DNA of 64,000 nt, taken from NCBI GenBank assembly GCA_964291395.2, contig OZ219856.1:2432001-2496000 (forward strand), read 5' to 3'. Shown piece by piece: positions 22,845-31,560 of the stretch. Below the pieces are notes generated by a model that was not told the origin of the DNA, did no database searches, and was given only the letters and a program-made list of their open reading frames with translations. The first letter of the stretch is position 1. Every line of letters starts with the position of its first letter. Position numbers and translations under genes: made by a program. The DNA comes from Alphaproteobacteria bacterium. GTDB lineage: Bacteria; Pseudomonadota; Alphaproteobacteria; UBA2966.

Positions 22845-24323
22845 TCAGGTGCCCGGAACTTCGGCGAGCTTCGGTGTCTCGCCGGGTGCCGGCGTGTAGG
22901 GGTAATTGCCGCGGGACAGCACGGCCTCGAGCCCGCCAAGCGACTCGATACGTGCCTCCTGATCGGCGAAAGCCCGGACGTTCGCAGTATCCGGATCGAC
23001 GACGGCGCGCAATCGCCGGTCGCAATCGGCCACGACGTCCGCATGGTCGGGGTCCGTACCGAGATCGTAGGCCTCGAACGGGTCCGCCTCCAAGTCGAAT
23101 AGTTGCGGTTCGTAACCCGCGTAATGGACATACTTCCACTTTCCGACGCGGATCATGAAGCAGCCGGTGATCGATGTCGCCGCATGGTATTCCACGAGTG
23201 GTGTCCGTTCCGGAACCAAACCTGCGGCGGCATCGAACAGCGAGTGACCAGGCAGTTCGGTCTTTTCCTCCACCGTGGGTTCCTCCCCCACCGCGGCGAT
23301 GGCGGTCGGGTAGATGTCGACCAGGGTCACAGGGTCGGATGCGGTGTGTCCTTCCGGGATATCGGGGCCGGCCATGATCAACGGCACACCGGCGCTCTCT
23401 TCATACATGACAGCCTTGCCCCACAACGTACGTGCGCCGAGGTTATCGCCATGGTCGCTGGTATAGATCACCCTCGTTGAGTCGTTCAGGCCAGTGGCCT
23501 CCAGGGACGTCAGGATCTGACCGATGTTGCCGTCGAGGAACGAGACCATGCCGTAGTAAGCGGCGATGGCCATACGCCGGTGGTCGTCATTGCGGAAGAA
23601 ATCGTCGTAGTTCTGGATTCGCCGGATGGCGTCCAGCACCGGATGCCGGGGCCGCGCCTTCGGCTCGCGCTGAACGGGCCAGGGCATGTCCTCGGGCGCG
23701 TACATGTCGAAGAACTCGTCGGGCGCCACCAAGGGAAAGTGTGGGCAGACGAGCGAGACGAACAGCACCCAGGGTTTGTCCGTGTACTTCGGCGCCTCCT
23801 CCGACAGCCAGCGACAGGCCTCCGCCGTGATGGCCCGGTCGTACTTGGTGTAGGTCGATTCTCCACGGCCCACTTCCTCGGCCAGCAGGCGTACGTTGGG
23901 CCGTTCGACCGGCGGGCTTCGCATCAGGCCGATCGCATCACCGATACCGTCGAGCACATGCATCGGCATAATTTCCTCGTCGAACCCGTTCGGGTCGTTC
24001 GTATCCCGGTAGTGCAGCTTGCCGATCGAGGTCACGCGGTGGCCGCTGGCCATCAACCGGTGACCCCAGCTAGGCACCCGGCCGTCGTAGGGATGCCCGT
24101 TGTCCCAGTAGCGGATCTGGTGGACGTAACGTCCTGTGGCCAACGCCGCCCGCGCCGGCACGCAGATGGGGCAGTTCGTGTAGGCATCGGTGAACCGGGT
24201 GCCCCGCGCCGCCAGCGCATCCATGTTCGGCGTCTTCACGGTCTCGTTGCCATGACAGCCGAGCACGCGCCGATTGTGCTCGTCCGACATGATGATGAGC
24301 AGATTGGTCGGCTGCATCTCCAC
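22845..24323 (-). CDS. Cytoplasmic formylglycine-dependent sulfatase (choline-sulfatase-like)
   Basis: NLLIIMSDEH, CxPxR (CVPARAALATGRY), GKLH, TSDHGD, GKAVMYEES; no signal peptide. Confidence 0.88.
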   Translation of the reverse strand: MEMQPTNLLIIMSDEHNRRVLGCHGNETVKTPNMDALAARGTRFTDAYTNCPICVPARAALATGRYVHQIRYWDNGHPYDGRVPSWGHRLMASGHRVTSIGKLHYRDTNDPNGFDEEIMPMHVLDGIGDAIGLMRSPPVERPNVRLLAEEVGRGESTYTKYDRAITAEACRWLSEEAPKYTDKPWVLFVSLVCPHFPLVAPDEFFDMYAPEDMPWPVQREPKARPRHPVLDAIRRIQNYDDFFRNDDHRRMAIAAYYGMVSFLDGNIGQILTSLEATGLNDSTRVIYTSDHGDNLGARTLWGKAVMYEESAGVPLIMAGPDIPEGHTASDPVTLVDIYPTAIAAVGEEPTVEEKTELPGHSLFDAAAGLVPERTPLVEYHAATSITGCFMIRVGKWKYVHYAGYEPQLFDLEADPFEAYDLGTDPDHADVVADCDRRLRAVVDPDTANVRAFADQEARIESLGGLEAVLSRGNYPYTPAPGETPKLAEVPGT

Positions 24324-24353
24324 GGCTCCGCCGCCCGGGCTGCTGGTCCGCAG

Positions 24354-25568
24354 CTACTCCGCCGCTGACCGGATCGCCTTCCCGGCGATCTTGAGATATC
24401 CGTCCCGGGTTTGCGGCACCTTCATGCCGAGGATGGATCCCGCCACCTGGGTGCGCAGGATCTGGGCCGTGCCGCCGCCGATGGTGAACATGCGTGCATC
24501 ACGAAGCATGCGCTCGAGCGGCAGGTTTCTCGAATAGCCGGCAGCGCCGTGGAGTTGCAGTGCATCGTTCGTGACCTTGATCGCCGTCTCCGAAGCGAGG
24601 ATTTTGGCTTGTGCCGCCTCGCACATATCCGGAAAGCCGCCACCTGCGTTCCGCGCCGCTTTGTGGAGCAGGGCACGCGATGCCTCGAGTCCGATGGACA
24701 TATCCGCGAGCATCCATTGCAGGCCTTGGAATTCCGCGATGGGCCGGCCGAACTGATGCCGCTCCTTGACGTAGTTCAAGGCCTGCTCGTAGGCACCCTG
24801 GGCGATACCGAGCGCCATGGTGCCGGCGCCGACACGTTGGCCGTTATAGGCGTTCATCAGGCCGGCGAAGCCCCGGCGCAGGCCTTCCGGCGGGATGACC
24901 ACCATGTCCTCGGCGACTTCCATGTCTTCGAAGACGATCTCCGCCTCCGGGATACCCCGCAAGCCCAGAGTGGGCTCGCGGCGTGGAATTGAGAGACCCG
25001 GAGTCTCGTCGCGCACCGCGATGAATCCTGCAATGCCCTGCGATTGTCCCCTCTCCATGACCCGGGCGAAGACCAAGTGCAGCTTGGAGACACCGCCACC
25101 GGTGATCCAATGCTTCTTCCCATTGATGATGTAACGGTCGCCTTTCTTGACCGCGGTCGTGGTCATCTCGGTGGCGGCGCTGCCCGCGCCCGGCTCGGTG
25201 ATGCAGATGGCCGGCTTGTCCCCGGCGAGGACGATCCCGGCAGCCATCATCTTCTGATTCTCGCTGCCGTATTTCATGATCGCTCCGATGGCGCCCATGT
25301 TGGACTCGACGACGATGCGCCCCGTCACCCCGCAAACCCGCGCCATTTCCTCGATGACGAGAACTGCGTCGAAGTATGTCCTGCCCCTCCCCCCGTATTC
25401 CGGTGGGATGGTCATGCCCATGAAGCCGGCTTTCGTCAGCCGCTCGACGTGATCCCAGGGATATTCTTGAGTCTCGTCGATCTCCGCCGCACGCGGCTGG
25501 ATCTCGGTCTCGGCCAGCTCCCGGGCCCTCGCCTTGAGATCCTGCTCCGCTTTGCTCAGGCTGCTCAT
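24354..25568 (-). CDS. acdA: 3-sulfinopropanoyl-CoA desulfinase (acyl-CoA dehydrogenase fold)
   Basis: Matches my recollection of Advenella AcdA throughout: YPWD, GRIVVESNMGAIGAI (Arg), GDKPAICITEP (Cys), ITGGGVSKLHL, AYNGQRVGAG (Gln replacing catalytic Glu), FTIGGGTAQILRTQVA, KVPQTRDGYL. Confidence 0.85.
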   Translation of the reverse strand: MSSLSKAEQDLKARARELAETEIQPRAAEIDETQEYPWDHVERLTKAGFMGMTIPPEYGGRGRTYFDAVLVIEEMARVCGVTGRIVVESNMGAIGAIMKYGSENQKMMAAGIVLAGDKPAICITEPGAGSAATEMTTTAVKKGDRYIINGKKHWITGGGVSKLHLVFARVMERGQSQGIAGFIAVRDETPGLSIPRREPTLGLRGIPEAEIVFEDMEVAEDMVVIPPEGLRRGFAGLMNAYNGQRVGAGTMALGIAQGAYEQALNYVKERHQFGRPIAEFQGLQWMLADMSIGLEASRALLHKAARNAGGGFPDMCEAAQAKILASETAIKVTNDALQLHGAAGYSRNLPLERMLRDARMFTIGGGTAQILRTQVAGSILGMKVPQTRDGYLKIAGKAIRSAAE

Positions 25569-25637
25569 GCGCATAGCTCCCATGGTATCCCACACCGGGC
25601 TACCCGTGACGACCTCAAGATCAATTCGCAGACGGGG

Positions 25638-27038
25638 CTATTCCGCGGCTTCCCGCATGCCACCGTCGAGTTCATCGAGCCGCACCAGGATGTAGCGCCG
25701 ACGCTCCTTCGAGGGTAGCGGATCGGCATCCGCCACGATGTCGTAGACCTTGCGGCCATACTCCTTCATCAGCTTGCGGTCTTTCTCGCGGTCCGGCAGG
25801 CGCGGCACGCGCAGCGTGGTATCGGACCCGAAGGAGTGCAGTGTCTGCTCACCGTCCTCGCTCATGCCCATGGTCGTATCGGGCGGCGTCTTGCCCTCCA
25901 CGAGATCGCGCAGCAGCTTGCGGCACATGTAGACGCCGATGTCGGAGCTGCCGGGGTTCTCCAAGGCATGCACGGCGATCGGCCGCTGGCTGGTGATCGC
26001 GTCCCAGTCTCCGGGCGCCCGCTGGCCGATCTCGTAGGGGCGCTCGCACTGGCCATCGAGGAAGTCGATCTTGTCGTAGCCGCAGCCGTCCTCGCACCCG
26101 TCGCCGTGCAGGTCGATCTCGGCGTTGAAGTGCCGCCAGCCGAAGAGGATGCAGTTGGTGTCGTCTACCGGCGTGTGCCAGCGAGTCATGCAGACCGTTG
26201 TATGCCGCTGTTCGTGGGCGCTGGTCATCAGGTTCGCGTTCTGGATGAGGTCGGGGAAGATCATCTCCGTCATGCGGATCCAGATGGTGTTGTCGTCGAC
26301 GCGTCGCCCGGCAATGAACGTGATGCCGTGGCCGTTGCGCGTCTGCTCCCAGTCCATCACCGGAATGTCCTGGAACATGGCGGGGAAGTTGAGGCCGTCC
26401 TTCATGGCGGCATCGACGCTGTCGACGGTCATGTCGTTGTGCAGCAGCGCCGTGTGGCAGTGGTCCATGATGTTCTCGTAGACCTGCAGCCAGTTGCAGG
26501 GATAGATGTTCGAGAACGCCACGAGCTTGTTGTCCTCGGGGAAGCGGTAGACGTCGTAGTCGGGGAATTCCGGCTTCTCCTCGGGTGGTCCCATGTAGGC
26601 GAACACCAGCCCGTCGCGCTCGAACGCCGGATAGGCCCCGTGATAGACGGTCTCGGAGATCCTGCTGTCCTCGGGCTCCGCCGGCATCTCGAGGATGGTG
26701 CCGTCGATGTCGTAGACCCAGCCGTGGTAGCAGCAGCGGATGCCCTTGGGCTGGATGATGCCGTACTCGAGCGACGTGCCGCGGTGGCTGCAGTGGCGCT
26801 GCAGGACGCCGACGCGGCCCGAGCGGTCGCGGAAGGCGACGAGGTCCTCGCCCAAGATACGGATGGCCTTCGGAACATCCGTCAGTTCCTCCGACAAACA
26901 GACCGGGTGCCAGTGCTTGCGCATGAGCTCACCCATCGGCGTACCCGGACCCGTGCTGGTGAGCAGCGGGTCGGACTCCGGCGCGGCCGTCTTGTGATAG
27001 GCGCCGTAAGGGATTTGGGGGATCTTGACAACGGACAT
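25638..27038 (-). CDS. Rieske non-heme iron oxygenase alpha subunit, paralog 2
   Basis: Same motifs as 21361..22755 (CSHRGTSLEYGIIQP.GIRCCYHGW; ENIMDHCHTALLH); long identical stretches between paralogs. Confidence 0.85.
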   Translation of the reverse strand: MSVVKIPQIPYGAYHKTAAPESDPLLTSTGPGTPMGELMRKHWHPVCLSEELTDVPKAIRILGEDLVAFRDRSGRVGVLQRHCSHRGTSLEYGIIQPKGIRCCYHGWVYDIDGTILEMPAEPEDSRISETVYHGAYPAFERDGLVFAYMGPPEEKPEFPDYDVYRFPEDNKLVAFSNIYPCNWLQVYENIMDHCHTALLHNDMTVDSVDAAMKDGLNFPAMFQDIPVMDWEQTRNGHGITFIAGRRVDDNTIWIRMTEMIFPDLIQNANLMTSAHEQRHTTVCMTRWHTPVDDTNCILFGWRHFNAEIDLHGDGCEDGCGYDKIDFLDGQCERPYEIGQRAPGDWDAITSQRPIAVHALENPGSSDIGVYMCRKLLRDLVEGKTPPDTTMGMSEDGEQTLHSFGSDTTLRVPRLPDREKDRKLMKEYGRKVYDIVADADPLPSKERRRYILVRLDELDGGMREAAE

Positions 27039-27068
27039 GGCGACGGCTCCCGGACAATACCGGCGGGC

Positions 27069-27096
27069 ATTCTACTGATCGGCCGGATGTTGTGAA
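27069..27096 (-). promoter_or_regulatory. Putative sigma70 promoter for Rieske2-acdA-sulfatase operon
   Basis: Minus strand TTCACA-16 nt-TAGAAT about 30 nt upstream of the ATG. Confidence 0.45.
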
Positions 27097-27204
27097 GTCC
27101 GGCAGCGGTGCTGTCCGACACAAACCGCACGGATTCAGATGAAACGATAGATTTTGGGTTTCGTATCGGCGCGAGACTGCCTACATTCCGGACGTTCCCA
27201 CGGC

Positions 27205-27279
27205 GCCGGATTAGCTCAGTGGTAGAGCAGCTGATTTGTAATCAGCAGGCCGGCGGTTCGAATCCGCCATCCGGCTCCA
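27205..27279 (+). tRNA. tRNA-Thr (TGT)
   Basis: GCCGGATTAGCTCAGTGGTAGAGCAGCTGATTTGTAATCAGCAGGCCGGCGGTTCGAATCCGCCATCCGGCTCCA; 75 nt. Confidence 0.96.
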
Positions 27280-27509
27280 AATTTCTGCTTTATCTCTCGC
27301 CAAGGATTGCCCTTGAACCCGCGAGATGCCTCGTCCAGCACCCGACTCCGAATCCCGTGCCGGAGGCCATGGAAGCCCGAGGGCATACCTTTGCTGTTGC
27401 GGCCGTGCGCGGGTAGTGTCATAGAAACGCGGCATGCATCGCGCCGCAAAGCATGGGAACCAAACGATGAACCGGATGACCGGATACGGCAGAATCGCCC
27501 GTCGCGGCA

Positions 27510-27531
27510 ATTCGATGGTCATTCGATGGTC
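27510..27531. repeat. Perfect 11-bp tandem duplication ATTCGATGGTC x2
   Basis: Directly visible just upstream of the BVMO RBS. Confidence 0.7.
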
Positions 27532-27552
27532 ATGAGTTAGGAGCGGCGCGAA

Positions 27553-29250
27553 GTGCGCGCCATCCCGATGACGAAAACCCAATCGACCGGCTCCAGGGAC
27601 TCCTCACCCGAATTCGTCGACGTTCTGGTCGTCGGCATGGGTTTCGCCGGGATGTACATCCTCTATTGCCTGCGCGAGCGCGGCCTTACGGCGCGCGCCT
27701 TCGAAGCCGGCGGCGACGTCGGCGGCACCTGGTACTGGAACCGCTATCCCGGGTGCCGCGTCGACGTCGACAGCGTGCAGTACAGCTACAACTTCTCCGA
27801 GGAGCTCACCCGGGAGTGGCAGTGGACCGAGAAGTTCGCCTCCCAGCCAGAGCTTCTGCGCTACGCCATTCACGTCGCCGACCGCTTCGATCTGCGCCGT
27901 GACGCGAAGTTCGACACGCGCGTCATCTCCGCCGAGTTTGACGAGGAGACGAACTTTTGGACGCTAAGGACCGACAAGGGGGACGTCGCCTCGGCTCCCT
28001 ACTGCATCATGGCCACCGGCAGCCTGTCGACGCCGTACAAGCCCCCCTTCCCCGGGATCGAGGATTTCCGTGGCGAGTGGTATCACACCGGCACGTGGCC
28101 GCACGAAGAGGTCGACCTCAGCAGCAAGCGAGTGGGCATAATCGGCACGGGGTCGACGGGGATTCAAGCCATCCCGGTCGTCGCCGCGGAAGCCGAGCAC
28201 CTGACGGTATTCCAGCGGACGCCGCAGTACACCACGCCGGCCCGCAACCGGCCGATGGCTCCCGGTGAACAAGGCGAATTCAACGCGCACCGCACCGAAT
28301 GGCACGACGAAGTCCGGAACACCTTTTCCGCCATGACGGGCTTCCCCATGCCCACCAGGACCATTCACGAAGACACACCAGAAGAACGCCGAACCTATCT
28401 CGAGAAGCGCTGGGAAGAGGGGGGCATGCCCCAGGCCATGCTGGCGGCCTACAAGGACGTCAGGGTCGACGTCGAGGCCAACACCGCCGTGGCGGACTTC
28501 GTGCGCGGCAAGATCCGCGACATCGTCAAGGACCCAGAAGTCGCGGGACGGCTCTGTCCGCCGAGGGACCTGCCGATCGGCTCCAAGCGCCCGCCCATCG
28601 ACACGGACTATTACGAGACCTTCAACCGCGACAACGTCGCCCTGGTCGACATCAAGCGCGCGCCCATCGAGCGCGTGACGGCGGGCGGCATCAAGACCGC
28701 GACCGCCGAGTACGAGCTCGACGCCATCATCTTCGCGACCGGCTTCGACGCCATGACCGGATCGCTGCTCGCGATCGACATCCGGACCAGTCGTGGCGCC
28801 TCTCTGAAGGACGCATGGTCGGACGGGCCGGATACCTATCTCGGCCTGATGGTGGCGGGCCTGCCCAACCTGTTCATGATCAACGGGCCGGGAAGTCCAT
28901 CGGTCAAGGCGAACATGATCATCACCATAGAGCACCACGCCGACTGGATCCTGGACTTGATCGATCACCTCGCCGCGGAAGATTTCAACCGGGTCGAGGC
29001 AACGGAACGAGCCCAGACCGACTGGGTCGAGCACGCCCGCGAAGTCGCGGAGGCGACCCTGATGCCGGTCGCTGATTCCTGGTATGTCGGCGCCAACGTG
29101 CCGGGCAAGAAGAGGGTGTATATGCCCTACTTCGGTGGCTTCGACAGATACCGGAAGCTCTGCGACGAGATCGCCGCCGACGGCTATCGCGGCTTTGTCC
29201 TCTCGCGGGCGGAGACCACCGACACGGCCTCCAGCGCCGCCGCGGAGTAG
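27553..29250 (+). CDS. Type I Baeyer-Villiger monooxygenase (cyclohexanone monooxygenase family)
   Basis: GGTWYWNRYPG, fingerprint FxGxxxHTxxWP (FRGEWYHTGTWP), two Rossmann motifs, ATGFDAMTG, SWYVGANVPGK. Confidence 0.93.
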   Translation: MRAIPMTKTQSTGSRDSSPEFVDVLVVGMGFAGMYILYCLRERGLTARAFEAGGDVGGTWYWNRYPGCRVDVDSVQYSYNFSEELTREWQWTEKFASQPELLRYAIHVADRFDLRRDAKFDTRVISAEFDEETNFWTLRTDKGDVASAPYCIMATGSLSTPYKPPFPGIEDFRGEWYHTGTWPHEEVDLSSKRVGIIGTGSTGIQAIPVVAAEAEHLTVFQRTPQYTTPARNRPMAPGEQGEFNAHRTEWHDEVRNTFSAMTGFPMPTRTIHEDTPEERRTYLEKRWEEGGMPQAMLAAYKDVRVDVEANTAVADFVRGKIRDIVKDPEVAGRLCPPRDLPIGSKRPPIDTDYYETFNRDNVALVDIKRAPIERVTAGGIKTATAEYELDAIIFATGFDAMTGSLLAIDIRTSRGASLKDAWSDGPDTYLGLMVAGLPNLFMINGPGSPSVKANMIITIEHHADWILDLIDHLAAEDFNRVEATERAQTDWVEHAREVAEATLMPVADSWYVGANVPGKKRVYMPYFGGFDRYRKLCDEIAADGYRGFVLSRAETTDTASSAAAE

Positions 29251-29265
29251 TGCGTCCGTTCCTCG

Positions 29266-29706
29266 TTAGCGCTCCCCCTTGCACACCCCATAGGCCACGA
29301 AGATCGGGTCGCCGCCCCTGCGGGCGGCATAGCCGAATGTGGCCGTGCGCACGTATCTTCCGCTGATGGTGTTGAACGAGAGCTGCCGGAAATCACCCTC
29401 GCACTGCCACAACGCCGGCTCACCGTCATGGTAGGGGATGCGGCACCGGTAGGTCGTGGTGACGGCATCGAACATCGAGACGCCCTTGATCTTCTGCGTG
29501 ACCGTCCCGGTCTGCCAGTCCGTCTCCAGCGTGAAAGTGGCCTTCGGGAGGTCGGCGGCCGCGTAGACGCCGGTCCGCCCCTCGAAACCGCGAATGTCGG
29601 TATCGGCGCAAGCGTAAGTGCCGGCCAGCGCCGGCCGTGTCGCCAGCAGTCCCAAGACGACAGCGACAATGGTGGAAGACTTGCTCACCACAGGCGGCCG
29701 CTTCAT
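29266..29706 (-). CDS. Hypothetical secreted protein with 4 Cys
   Basis: ATG overlaps the ychF-like stop (TGATG); signal peptide ending ALA; ends GVCKGER. Confidence 0.6.
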   Translation of the reverse strand: MKRPPVVSKSSTIVAVVLGLLATRPALAGTYACADTDIRGFEGRTGVYAAADLPKATFTLETDWQTGTVTQKIKGVSMFDAVTTTYRCRIPYHDGEPALWQCEGDFRQLSFNTISGRYVRTATFGYAARRGGDPIFVAYGVCKGER

Positions 29707-30752
29707 CAAACGTTGAACAGGAAGCGGGCGACGTCGCCATCCCGCATGACGTACCGCCTGCCCTCGGAACGCAGCCTGCCCGCCTCCTTGATCGCCTTTT
29801 CCGAGCCGAATTCCCCCAGTTCGTCTACGTGATAGCATTGGGCGCGGATGAACCCGCGCTCAATGTCCGAGTGGACGGCACCGCCCGCCTCGGGCGCCGT
29901 GGCGCCCTGGCGGATGATCCACGAACGCACCTCCTTGTCGTTCGCCGTGTAGAACGTCGTCAGCCCAAGAGACTCGTTGAGGGCCCGGGCCAGCGGTCCG
30001 ACGGCAGGCTCCTCCAGCCCCATGGACGCCAGCATCTCGGCCCGCTCATCCTCCGGCAGCTCCGCGATCTCGCTTTCCAGCGCCGCGCAGAGAACCACCA
30101 TGATTCCACCGTCCTCGGCCACGGCCTCCCGAAGCGCCCGGACCGGCGCCCCGCCCCCCCGGAGGTCGTTCTCCGCGACGTTGGCAACGACCAGCCCGGG
30201 TTTAGCCGACAGCAATCCGTAACCCCGCATGGCCCGTTCCTCCGCCGCGCTCCAGTCGCCCGCCGAAACCGGTTGCTCCGCCTCCACGAGGGCCAGCGCC
30301 TTTTCCAACGTATCCCGCCGACGCCCGGCCTCCTCGTCGCCGCCCCGGGCCGCTTTCCGCGCCCGTTCCAGTGAGCTCTCGATGACGCCGAGGTCCGAGA
30401 GAACGAGTTCCAGCTTGAGGTTCGAATAAGCGGACACCGGATCGGCCTTTTCGTCGAAGCAATCGATCACGTGGCAGAGCGCGGCCACCGCTCGGACATG
30501 GGCCAGGATCGCGACATGACCGGCGCCGACACCCGCCGGGATGCCCGGCATGTCGACCAGCTCCAGACGGGCCGGCACGATCCTCCTGGTCGGCACAGAC
30601 CGGGCGATCTCGCGCAGACGCGGATCGGGAATGTCGGCCTGGCCGATGTTGGGGTTGAGGGTGCCGGTCGCGACCGCCACGGTGTGCGCCGTGAGCGCCT
30701 GGAACAGGCACGTCTTCCCGCTTCCCGGAAGTCCGACGATCCCGCATTCCAT
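29706..30752 (-). CDS. Divergent YchF/Ola1-family (Obg-like) NTPase
   Basis: MECGIVGLPGSGKT, IPDPRL, ANVAE (G4), C-terminal TGS/DUF933 HSDIERGFIRA..GRLRSEGRRYVMRDGDV.RFLFNV; switch regions altered. Confidence 0.85.
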   Translation of the reverse strand: MECGIVGLPGSGKTCLFQALTAHTVAVATGTLNPNIGQADIPDPRLREIARSVPTRRIVPARLELVDMPGIPAGVGAGHVAILAHVRAVAALCHVIDCFDEKADPVSAYSNLKLELVLSDLGVIESSLERARKAARGGDEEAGRRRDTLEKALALVEAEQPVSAGDWSAAEERAMRGYGLLSAKPGLVVANVAENDLRGGGAPVRALREAVAEDGGIMVVLCAALESEIAELPEDERAEMLASMGLEEPAVGPLARALNESLGLTTFYTANDKEVRSWIIRQGATAPEAGGAVHSDIERGFIRAQCYHVDELGEFGSEKAIKEAGRLRSEGRRYVMRDGDVARFLFNV

Positions 30753-30963
30753 GAAATTCAGACCCTGTGCGAAATGCTATCCGGTTTCACGACGGCGGAA
30801 CCCCGTTCCCTTCCCGCCTTTCCCGATTCCGGCACGCTGTTTACAAGTACCGGGTTTTCAGTACAAATCTTGCATCCAGTGGGGCTTTGGACGATCCCGG
30901 TCAAATTCGGCGGGATCATCGCTTGTGCTTACCGGTCCGCGATACCCGAGGAGACGACTCGTC

Positions 30964-31090
30964 ATGGCAACCAGCAGTAGCGATTCGGAGACGCCAGCGC
31001 TCCATAGCGGCCGTCGCCCGGACCCGGCGGCGACGTGGATTCCGGTGCCCATCTACCAAACCACCTCGTACCGGTTCAAATCCACCGCGC
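30964..31090 (+). pseudogene. 5' relic of O-acetylhomoserine sulfhydrylase (MetY/Cys-Met PLP family)
   Basis: GAGGAG RBS, then M...ETPALHSGRRPDPAATWIPVPIYQTTSYRF resembling MetY N-terminus (ETxALHAG..PDP....VPIYQTTSYxF); similarity stops after about 40 codons. Confidence 0.7.
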
Positions 31091-31154
31091 GCGAGCACGA
31101 CGGGATGCCGTCGCGGCTCCCGGTTCGAGGTCTTCGGCGACGTCGGGTGTAGAC

Positions 31155-31547
31155 ATGCGGTGGATGCTGCTGGCAGGCCTGCTGTCGATCGCCGTCGGCG
31201 CCAACGCGACCACGGGAAATACGCTCCTCAACCACTGCAAGACGGGAGAGGGAAAAGGGCTGGAGTCGGCCATCCCCTTTGGAACCTGCCTCGGGTTCGC
31301 CGGCGCCGCGATGGAAGCCATGATCGCCAACGGGCGGGACGGGCGCATCAGGAAAAAGGTCGATGCGGACGCCGGCGCCCGGCGTGGATACCTGAGCGGC
31401 CGTGAGGCCTGCTTTCCCGCGAAGACCACGCCGGGCGAGGCACGCGATGCCGTGAAGCGGTTTCTCGAGGACCATCCCGACAGGTTGGGGGAAGCGGCCG
31501 TGGACTTGGCGGCCGAAGCCCTGGCGGGAGCGTTTCCCTGCGAATAG
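31155..31547 (+). CDS. Rap1a/Tai-family immunity-like secreted protein
   Basis: Signal peptide, TGNxLxxxC, CLGF, ACFP, V.RFL..HP..L...A..L...AL..AFPC pattern. Confidence 0.8.
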   Translation: MRWMLLAGLLSIAVGANATTGNTLLNHCKTGEGKGLESAIPFGTCLGFAGAAMEAMIANGRDGRIRKKVDADAGARRGYLSGREACFPAKTTPGEARDAVKRFLEDHPDRLGEAAVDLAAEALAGAFPCE

Positions 31548-31560
31548 GACCGCGCCCCCA

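Noticed and set aside
27271-27600. CCGGCTCCA repeat of the tRNA-Thr 3' end as an att site
   Set aside because: Only 9 bp, inside the BVMO coding start, and no integrase in the window
30830-30845. CGGCACGCTGTTTACA as a sigma54 promoter
   Set aside because: The invariant -12 GC is AC
30870-30960. Possible SAM riboswitch upstream of the metY relic
   Set aside because: Only a simple GATCCCG/CGGGATC hairpin; no SAM-II, SAM-alpha or SAM-SAH consensus recognised
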